From the NCBI GenBank assembly GCA_964016885.1, contig OZ024743.1, positions 237,088,001 through 237,152,000 of the forward strand: a stretch of 64,000 nucleotides of DNA. The letters run 5' to 3'. The translations under genes and the position numbers were made by a program. This stretch comes from Eledone cirrhosa (lineage: Eukaryota). The notes below the pieces were generated by a model that made no database searches, was not told where the DNA came from, and saw nothing but the letters and a program-made list of their open reading frames with translations. Positions 13,701 through 23,600 of this stretch are shown piece after piece (position 1 is the stretch's first letter; every line of letters begins with the position of its first letter).

Positions 13701-14105
13701 TAGGACTATATTACAGACAACAGACTTTCCCATACAACATATCTAGGACTATATTACAGACAACAGACTTGACCATACAACATACCTAGGACTATATTAT
13801 AGACAACAGACTTGACCATACAACATACCTAGGTGTATATTACAGACAACAGACTTGACCATACAACATCCCTAGGACTATATTACAGACATCAGACTTG
13901 ACCATACAACATACCTAGGACTATATTACAGACAACAGACTGTCTTGACCATACAACATACCTAGGACTATATTACAGACAACAGACTTGAACACACAAC
14001 ATACCTAGGTCTATATTACAGACAACAGATTTGACCATACAACCATACCTAGGTCTATATTACAGACAACAGACTTGACCATACAACCATACCTAGGACT
14101 ATATT
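4773..14105. repeat. 43-bp tandem satellite, ~215 copies
   Basis: Unit CTTGACCATACAACATACCTAGGACTATATTACAGACAACAGA (period 43, e.g. 6091 to 6134). 47-bp variants carry an extra CTGT. No spacers. Confidence 0.98.
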
Positions 14106-14431
14106 TAATGTAGGAATCATTAGAGACAGTAGACACAAATTCGGTGAAATAAGAAAATTATATTATGTTATTTGAAAACTATTTTTGATTTGTCGTCAGA
14201 ATGACAAGCCAATAGTTCTTGCTGGAAGACATGTTTAAGATATTTGTTCACATTTTTAACATCTAAACTCACTGCTTTCGGTTTTAACTCAGAAACTACA
14301 TTTTTTTATGAATTTAGTTTTATTTTCACTTCAGATTTAAAACTTTGATTTAAAAGTTTGTATTATATTGTAAATTTATTTCACGTTTCCTTTATTTCTC
14401 CCCCCCCTATCTATCTCTCTCTCTCCATCTC

Positions 14432-14435
<4 letters not shown>

Positions 14436-14505
<70 letters not shown>

Positions 14506-14526
14506 TATATATATACATATATATAT

Positions 14527-14603
<77 letters not shown>

Positions 14604-14611
14604 TAGATATA
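14436..14611. repeat. (TA)n microsatellite (Helitron insertion site)
   Basis: Long TA run directly preceding the Helitron 5' TC. Confidence 0.95.
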
Positions 14612-15858
14612 TCTTATATATAAAGTGAAGATGGGCATTGTTTGGTGTTCCGAACTTGCAAAATTCGGTAAGTTATTGTAATCATATTTCCAAACCTTCC
14701 CATTCACCAGTAACCATGCCAACGAATCTGGTGTCATCTCTCTCTGTATTTAATCACCTCTCTCTCTAACCTAACAGCTTCATTACACGTCGTTATGCCC
14801 ACACGGAAACGTTCAAGACTTACCTCCAAAAAAGGTACAACTACTGCTTTGAGACAACGAATTAGGCGTTCTCAGGTATGAGTTCATTCACAATTGATTA
14901 ATCCTTTATGCAATATTCTCCCTTAATGTTAGCAAGTACTGCGTTTATCCTAACTGTCACCACTTTTAAGTAACTACAACATTCTAATCGTAGTTATATT
15001 AATTTTATTGTCTTACCTTGATTCCCTTTTGTTCATGTTAGACTTTTCTCATTTACTATTGACACTGCCATTGGCTTAGCTAACCAGTAGAACTAATTCA
15101 TTTTCTCTAGGAAACACCTGCTGAGCGCGAATCTCGACTCGCTGATAGACGTCTTTCCCGGCTGGTTGAGTCACCAACATCACGTACGACAAGGCTTGCT
15201 GATGTTCGCCTTCGTCGCCAACAAGCGCTGACGGAGGAATCACCAACATCCCGTCAGACGAGGCTTGAGGCTGTGGCAAAGGGCAATAACCCTAGATACA
15301 ATTTTGATCAACTCCTTTTCACCTATAGCAAATTTACCGGGACAGGTTTTTAGCTACTCAAATCTACTTCAGAGATCACGCATTGATGTAAAAAATCAAT
15401 AAAACTGAAGCGGGGCTCGACTTTGCGCAAAAAAACAAGGCAAAGTTACACATGGGAAAACTTTTTACAGGAACGTCCTATATTCTTGAAAACTGTCACA
15501 AAAGACTCGCCATTATGCCGCGGTTAAGATAAAGGCCCTTTTAATTCTTCTTCTGCACATGTGAGCGCAAAAATTGTAAAAAAAAAAGAACCCTGAAAGT
15601 AATCGACATTTTCACCCTGCTTTAAATTAACTGAACATTCAATATCAAGCGATTTTGACTTCCGTCAGTCGTGCAGAGAACAATTTCAACGATACACCGT
15701 GTAACTACAATTAATAAATTACACACCTGTGTCTACTAACCTATTTTTTTTCATTGAAGTTCGAAGTTTTGAACCTGTGATGCGCGGGAAGTAACTTTCA
15801 CACATTCTAACAGACCAAAGGTCGACTTACACCCGGGCAACGCCGGGTACTTCTGCTA

Positions 15859-15859
<1 letters not shown>
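14612..15859 (+). mobile_element. Non-autonomous Helitron, copy 1 (internally deleted derivative)
   Basis: A|TCTTATATATAAAG 5' end, subterminal hairpin ACCCGG-GCAACG-CCGGGT (15831-15848) and CTAG|T 3' end, inserted between A and T with no TSD. Both termini are shared with copy 2. Confidence 0.92.
14795..15353 (+). CDS. Spliced 107-aa ORF with STPR-like repeats (Helitron Rep/Hel N-terminus remnant); exons 14795-14875 and 15111-15353
   Basis: ATG...CAG|GTATGA intron 14876-15110 with branch-like ACTAAT and ttttctctAG, phase 0. Joined protein: MPTRKRSRLTSKKGTTTALRQRIRRSQ/ETPAERESRLADRRLSRLVESPTSRTTRLADVRLRRQQALTEESPTSRQTRLEAVAKGNNPRYNFDQLLFTYSKFTGTGF*. Three E(T/S)PxxRxxRL motifs spaced 19 and 23 aa. 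Confidence 0.7.

Positions 15860-15903
<44 letters not shown>
15860..15903. repeat. (TA)n spacer between the two Helitrons
   Basis: Perfect TA run from CTAG|T to A|TC. Confidence 0.95.
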
Positions 15904-15906
<3 letters not shown>

Positions 15907-17114
15907 TATATATAAAGTGAAGATGGGCATTGTTTGGTGTTCCCAACTTGCATGCTACACCGTTCATCCAATTTTCATGAAACCTCACACATATATAAAA
16001 CTCAACGCGTAGAGTGGAATAGGCTACTTGAACATTTCGAAAAATCGATAATCGGGACCACAGAAGCCAAAAATCGATATTTTCAAAAATCGATGAAACT
16101 CGACGCAAGTGTGTATTTTGATTCGGGGATAAACGTGCGCTACATTAAATTTTCGAAAAATCGATAATTGGATCACCAGAGGCGAAAATCGATATTTACG
16201 AAATTTGTCCGATTCCAATGAAATTTGCCGTAGGTATGTATTTTGATGCGGGGATTAACGTGGGATACTTGAAATTGTAAAAAGAAAATCGATAATCGGA
16301 CCCCCAGAGGCAAAAATCCGGCAACCGAAAAACGCCATTCTTCTTGCTTACATTTGTCGCGACTCCCGCCATGCAAAAAATGTTCAATCTATCAGGATTA
16401 TCTAATTAACGCTCACCATATTCAGCAAACCTTTTATGCCGATTCTTCCATTTCTTATATAAGGACTATCAACACTATACCGCCGCGCATCATCCTGTAT
16501 TGCACCCAGTCTTCTCAAACGATCATCGAGCCTCCATGCGCTCCCTTCATTCCCGTGGTCCCACTGCCGTAGCATAATGAGGCATCCGTCAAAATCTGCC
16601 CTCTCCCATCCCTGCACGCCGTCGACCTACTGCATCGTTGTGCATCACCATGCGCATCTCTGCATTGTCAGCTGCAATTCATTCCCCGGCCCTTTCCATT
16701 GCCTGCCCTCCGTGGTCCCTAAGGACTGCCACGGCTCAACATGCCGAATCCCTGCCACCGTCCACCCCTGCCCATTTCCATTGCCTACACTCCGGGAGAG
16801 CTCAAGACTTCCAGGCCTGACCAAGCCGCATCCCTGCCACCGTCAACCCCTGCCCTCTCCCTTTCCTGCACGCCGTCATCCCACTGCATCGTCATGCCTC
16901 ACCATGCCGCATTACTGCCCTGTCGGTCACCATCTGAACCTACAATTGATCCATTATTTATGCTCAATTACACACCTGCGTATACTAACCTATGTTTTTT
17001 TTCCTGAGGTTCGAAGGTTTTTGCACCTGTGATGCGCGGAAAGTAACTTTCAAACATTTTAACAACAGACCAAAGGTCGACTTACACCCGGGCAACGCCG
17101 GGTACTTCTGCTAG
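15904..17114 (+). mobile_element. Non-autonomous Helitron, copy 2 (different internal sequence)
   Basis: Same 5' end TCTTATATATAAAGTGAAGATGGGCATTGTTTGGTGTTCC, same hairpin and ...GGTACTTCTGCTAG|T end. About 145 bp of 3' homology with copy 1. Internal degenerate repeats (aaatcgataat at 16042, 16158, 16286). Confidence 0.92.
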
Positions 17115-17127
17115 TATATATATATAC

Positions 17128-17159
17128 AGAGGGAGAAAGAATGAGAGACAGAGAGACAC

Positions 17160-17213
<54 letters not shown>
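17128..17213. repeat. (GA)n microsatellite
   Basis: GA/GACA runs. Confidence 0.9.
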
Positions 17214-17340
17214 TGTGTGACGGGAAGAAATCATTAAATATATTTCAATTATAAAATAAAATTTCAAATTGATCAAGTGTTAATGAAGGGTAAATATAAT
17301 TGGTTTAGTTTCCTGGGTGGCAGAGTTTTCATGCACATAG

Positions 17341-18165
17341 ATACACATGAAGTCACGTATATACACATACACATGTAGACCTATATATACATACACATGT
17401 AGCCCTACATATACATACACATGTAGACGTACATACACATACACATGTAGACCTACATATACATACACATGTAGACGTACATACACATACACATGTAGAC
17501 CTACATATACATACACATGTAGACGTATATACACATACACATGTAGACCTACATATACATACACATGTAGACGTATATACACATACACATGGAGACCTAC
17601 ATATACATACACATGTAGACCTATATATACATACACATGGAGACCTACATATACATACAGATGTAGCCGTACATACACATACACATGGAGACCTACATAT
17701 ACATACACATAAACACCCGTATACGCACATACACATGGATACAGATGAAGACATACATACACATATATACATGGAGACATACATACACATGTAGCCGTAC
17801 ATACACATATACATGGAGACCTACATACACATACACATGTAGCCACACATACACATGTAGCTCTACATTCACATGTAGCTGTACATACACATACACATGT
17901 GTACGTACACACACATACACATGTAGACCTACATACACATATATACACGGAGACCTACATACACATACACAAGGATACACATGGAGACATACATACATAT
18001 GTAGCCGTACATCCACTTATATACATGAAGACGTACATACACATGTAAACCTACATGCACATACACATGTAGACATACATACACATACACATGTAGACCT
18101 ACATACACATATAGACGTACATACACACATTTACATGGAGACATACATACATGCTCATGTAAATA
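17341..18165. repeat. 24-bp degenerate minisatellite
   Basis: Unit ACATGTAGAC(C/G)TACATA(T/C)ACATAC (period 24, 17371 to 17395). CCT/CGT variants alternate at the left and the array decays rightwards. Confidence 0.9.
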
Positions 18166-18190
18166 CCCACAAAGAAACACACACACACAA

Positions 18191-18230
18191 ACACACAGTT
18201 GTGCGTGTGTGAACACGCACAACTGTGTGT
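18191..18230. repeat. Perfect 18-bp inverted repeat with 4-nt loop
   Basis: ACACACAGTTGTGCGTGT-gtga-ACACGCACAACTGTGTGT. Confidence 0.9.
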
Positions 18231-19620
18231 GTGTGTACAGTTATATATTTGTGTGTATAGATATATATTTGTGTGTATAGATATATATTTGTGTTCATAG
18301 ATATATATTTGTGTGTACAGATATATATTTGTGTGTATAGATATATATTTGTGTGTATAGATATATATTTGTGTGCATAGATATATATTTGTGTGTATAG
18401 ATATATATTTGTGTGTATAGATATATATTTGTGTGTATAGATATATATTTGTGTGTACAGATATATATTTGTGTGTATAGATATATATTTGTGTGTATAG
18501 ATATATATTTGTGTGTATAGATATATATTTGTGTGTATAGATATATATTTGTGTTCATAGATATATATTTGTGTGTACAGATATATATTTGTGAGTATAG
18601 ATATATATTTGTGTGTATAGATATATATTTGTGTGCATAGATATATATTTGTGTGCATAGATATATATTTGTGTGTATAGATATATATTTGTGTGTACAG
18701 ATATATATTTGTGTGTATAGATATATATTTGTGTGTATAGATATATATTTGTGTTCATAGATATATATTTGTGTGTACAGATATATATTTGTGTGTATAG
18801 ATATATATTTGTGTGTATAGATATATATTTGTGTGCATAGATATATATTTGTGTGTATAGATATATATATTTGTGTTCATAGATATATATTTGTGTGTAC
18901 AGATATATATTTGTGTGTATAGATATATGTTTGTGTGTATAGATATATATTTGTGTGCATAGATATATATTTGTGTGCATAGATATATATTTGTGTGTAT
19001 AGATATATATTTGTGTGTACAGATATATATTTGTGTGTATAGATATATATTTGTGTGTACAGATATATATTTGTGTGTATAGATATATATTTGTGTGTAT
19101 AGATATATATTTGTGTGCATAGATATATATTTGTGTGCATAGATATATATTTGTGTGTATAGATATATATTTGTGTGTATAGATATATATTTGTGTGCAT
19201 AGATATATATTTGTGTGTATAGATATATATATTTGTGTGCATAGATATATATTTGTGTGTATAGATATATATATTTGTGTGTATAGATATATATTTGTGT
19301 GTATAGATATATATATTTGTGTGTATAGATATATATTTGTGTGTATAGATAGATATATTTGTGTGTATAGATAGATATTTGTGTGTATAGATATATATTT
19401 GTGTGTATAGATATATATATTTGTGTGTATAGATATATATATTTGTGTGTATAGATAGATATATTTGTGTGTATAGATAGATATTTGTGTGTATAGATAT
19501 ATATTTGTGTGTATAGATATATATATTTGTGTGTATAGATATATATTTGTGTGTATAGATATATATTTGTGTGTATAGATATATATTTGTGTGTATAGAT
19601 ATATATATTTGTGTGTATAT
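18231..19620. repeat. 20-bp minisatellite, ~68 copies
   Basis: Unit ATATATATTTGTGTGTATAG, with 22-bp (+AT) variants more frequent at the right. Confidence 0.97.
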
Positions 19621-19627
19621 AAACTTT

Positions 19628-19765
19628 AGGCGGCGAATTGGCAGTCCTTCTAGTTCTCTGCTCCCTGAGGTCAACTTTGCCTTTCATCATTTCCAGGTCG
19701 ACAAAAAGAAGTACCAGTCAACTACTGGGGTCGATTCTTCATCTATATCTCTTTCTCACTTCCAT
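19628..19765 (+). mobile_element. Internally deleted SINE copy
   Basis: aggcggcgaattggcag head then gaggtcaactttgcctttcatcatttccaggtcgacaaaaagaagtaccagtcaactactggggtcgat. Homologous to 240-334. Confidence 0.7.
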
Positions 19766-19789
19766 TCTCTCACTCTGGATATATCTGCT

Positions 19790-19915
19790 GTAGATCCCAC
19801 CCTACACACAAGTCTCTTAGGAATACTCAGCCACTTACACGTTAATTTCACAAGCAGGTTGTTCAGTCGACCGCATCAATTGGGAACACTCGTCGTCTAA
19901 ACTGACGAAGATCCA
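19790..19915 (+). mobile_element. Dispersed repeat fragment (probable retroposon 3' tail)
   Basis: Inverted homolog of 2771-2930. Its end runs into the 56-bp tandem array. Confidence 0.65.
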
Positions 19916-20264
19916 TTGTTGCAACATCGTATCAATTGGGAACACTCGTCGTCTAAACTGACGGAGATCCATTGTTGCAACATCGTATCAATTGGGAACA
20001 CTCGTCGTCTAAACTGACCGAGATCCAAATTTGCAACATCGTATCAATTGGGAACGCTCGTCGTCTAAACTGACGGAGATCCAATGTTGCAAAATCGTAT
20101 CAATTGGGAACACTCGTCGTCTAAACTGACGGAGATCCAATGTTGCAACATTGTATCAATTGGGAACACTCGTCGTCTAAACTGACGGAGATCCAATGTT
20201 GCAACATCGTATCAATTGGGAACACTCGTCGTCTAAACTGACGGAGATCCAATATTGCAACACG
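19875..20264. repeat. 56-bp tandem repeat, 7 copies
   Basis: Unit ATCAATTGGGAACACTCGTCGTCTAAACTGACGGAGATCCAATGTTGCAACATCGT starting at 19875, 19931, 19987, 20043, 20099, 20155, 20211. Confidence 0.97.
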
Positions 20265-20323
20265 ATCTTTGATTCATTTGAAACATTTCATTTATGTTAA
20301 GATGTCAAGTATATATTCTGTTG

Positions 20324-20392
20324 TCTCTCTCTCCATCTCTCTTCCCTCTCTCTCTCCCCTCCCTTTACCTCTATCCCCCATCCCTCTCCCTG

Positions 20393-20435
<43 letters not shown>

Positions 20436-20496
20436 CTCCCTTCCCTTTACCTCACCGCTCACCCCATCTCCCCATCTCCCTCTCCCTCTCTCTCCC
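20324..20496. repeat. (CT)n / polypyrimidine tract
   Basis: Degenerate CT/CCT run. Confidence 0.9.
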
Positions 20497-20589
20497 AATG
20501 TTATAATAGTTTAACAATGTTGTTTGTTATTCATATATTTGTTGATATCCACAATTAAAGGTCGTCAACGTCTGTTGTTCTATCAGAAT

Positions 20590-20592
20590 ATC

Positions 20593-20663
<71 letters not shown>

Positions 20664-23600
20664 AACACCACCACAGTCTCCCTATCTCCTTCTCTCTCTC
20701 ACTCACTATCACACAACCACAGTCTCTCTCTCTATAACACCACCACAGTCTCTCTCTATCACACCACCACAGTCTCTCTATCACACCACCACAGTCTCTC
20801 TATCACACCACCGCATTCTCTCTATAACACCACCACAGTCTCTCTATCACACCACCGCATTCTCTCTATAACACCACCGCATTCTCTCTATAACACCACC
20901 ACAGTCTCTCTATAACAACACCACAGTCTCTCTATACACCACCACAGTCTCTCTCTCAATAACACCACCACAGTCTCTCTCTATAACACCACCAGAGTCT
21001 TTCTATAACACCACCACAGTCTCTCTCTCTATAACACCACCACATTCTCTCTCTATAACACCACCACAGTCTCTCTCTATAACACCACCACATTCTCTCT
21101 CTATAACACCACCACAGTCTCTCTCTATTACACCACCACAGTCTGTCTATAACACCACCACAGTTGCTCTCTCTGTAACACCGCCACAGTCTCTCTATAA
21201 CGCCACCACAGTCTCTCTCTCTATAACACCACCCCAGTCTCTCTCTATAGCACCGCCACAGTCTCTCTATAACACCACCACAGTCTTTATATAACACCAC
21301 CACAGTCGCTCTCTCTATAACACCACCACAGTCTCTCTCTATAACACCACCACAGTCTCTCTATAACACCACCACAGCCTCTCTCTCTATAACACCACCA
21401 CAGTCTCTCTCTATAACACCACTACAGTCTCCCTATAACACCACCACATTCTCTCTATCACTCCACCACAGTCTCTCTATAACACCACCACAGTCTCTCT
21501 ATCACCACACCACAGTCTCTCTATAACACCACCACAGTCTCTCTCTATAACACCACCACAGTCTCTCTATCACACCAACACAGTCTCTCTATAACACCAC
21601 CAGAGTCTCTCTATCACCCCACCACAGGCTCTCTATAATACCACCACAGTCTCTCTCTATAACACCACCACAGTCTCTCTATCACACCACCATATTCTCT
21701 CTATAACACCACCACAGTCTCTCTCTCTATAACATCACCACAGTCTCTCTCTATAGCACCACCACAGTCTTTCTATAACACCACCACAGTCTTTATATAA
21801 TACCACCACAGTCGGTCTCTCTATAACACCACCACAGTCTCTCTATAACACCACCAGAGTCTTTCTCTCTATAACACCACCAAAGTCTCTCTCTATAACA
21901 CCACCACAGTCTCTCTATAACACCACCACAGTCTCTCTATCACACCACCACAATCTCTCTATCACTCCACCACAGTCTCTCTATAACACCACCACATTCT
22001 CTCTATCACACCACCACAGTCTCTCTATAACACCACCACAGTCTCTCTCCATAACACCACCACAGTCTCTCTATCACACCACCATATTCTCTCTATGACA
22101 CCACCACAGTCTCTCTATAACACCACCACAGTCTCTCTCTATAACACCACCACAGTCTATCTATCACACCACCACAGTCTCTCTATAACACCACCACAGT
22201 CTCTCTATGACCCCACGACAGTCTCTCTATAATACAACCACCGTCTCTCTCTATCACACCACCACAGTCTCTCTATCACCCCATCACAGTCTCTCTATCA
22301 CACCACCACATTATCTCTATAACACCACCACAGTCTCTCTATAACACCACCAGAGTCTCTCTCTATAACACCACCACAGTCTCTCTATAACACCACCACA
22401 GTCTCTCTCTATCACACCACCACAGTCTCTCTATCACCCCATCACAGTCTCTCTATCACACCACCACATTATCTCTATAACACCACCACAGTCTCTCTAT
22501 CACACCACCACAGTCTCTCTATAACACCACCACAGTCTCTCTATAACACCACCACAGTCTCTCTATCACACCACCACAGGCTCTCTATCACACCACCACA
22601 GTCACGCTATCACACCACCATATTCTCTCTATAACACCAACACAGTCTCTCTCTATAAAACCACCACAGTCTCTCTATCACCCCACCACAGTCTCTCTAT
22701 CACACCAACACAGATTCTCTATAACACACCCACAGTCTCGCTCACTATAACACCACCACAGTCTCTCTCTATAATACCACCACAGTCTCTCTATAACACC
22801 ACCACAGTCTCTCTCTATAACCCCACCACAGTCTCTCTATAACACCACCACAGTCTCTCTCTATAACGCCAGCACAGTCTCTCTATAACACTACCACAGT
22901 CTCTCTATCACACCACCACAGTCTCTCTATCACCCCACCACAGTCTCTCTATAACACCACCACAGTCTCTCTATAACACCACCACTGTCTCTCTATAACA
23001 ACACCACAGTCTCTCTCTCTATAACACCACCACAGTCTCTCTCTATAACACCACCACAGTCTTTCTATAACAACACCACAGTCTCTCTCTATATATATAA
23101 CAACACCACAGTCTCTCTCTATAACACCACCACAGTCTCTCTCTATAACACCACGACAGTCTCTCTCTATAACACCACCACAGTCTCTCTATAACACCAC
23201 CACAGTTGCTCTCTCTATAAGACCACCACAGTCTCTCTCTATAACACCACGACAGTCTCTCTCTATAACACCACCACAGTCTCTCTATAACACCACCACA
23301 GTTGCTCTCTCTATAACACCACCACAGTCTCTATCTATAACACAACCACAGTCTCTCTCTCTATAGCACCACCACAGTCTTTCTATAACATTACCACAGT
23401 CTGTCTCTCTATAACACCACCACAGACTCTCTCTCTATAACATCACCACAGTCTCTCTCTATAGCACCACCACAGTCTTTCTATAACACCACCACCGTCT
23501 TTATATAATACCACCACAGTCACTCTCTCTATAACACCACCACAGTCTCTCTCTATAACACCACCACAGTCTCTCTATAACACCGCCCAGGGTCTTTCTC

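Noticed and set aside
4773-14105. CRISPR-like array (43-bp repeat with CCTAGG palindrome)
   Set aside because: Units are directly adjacent with no unique spacers, there are no cas genes, and the context is eukaryotic.
14273-14295. 23-nt minus-strand microexon ending at GTGAGT
   Set aside because: The acceptor is preceded by an A-rich run with no pyrimidine tract.
15076-15279. 67-aa minus-strand ORF in Helitron 1
   Set aside because: Antisense shadow of the plus-strand STPR-like exon, which has splice signals and a recognisable motif.
17280-19690. Cys/Tyr/His-rich ORFs (YTYTCRPT, HTNIYLYTQI)
   Set aside because: Translations of 24-bp and 20-bp minisatellites, open in several frames.
19875-20264. 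CRISPR-like 56-bp periodic array
   Set aside because: The whole unit is repeated, with no variable spacer.
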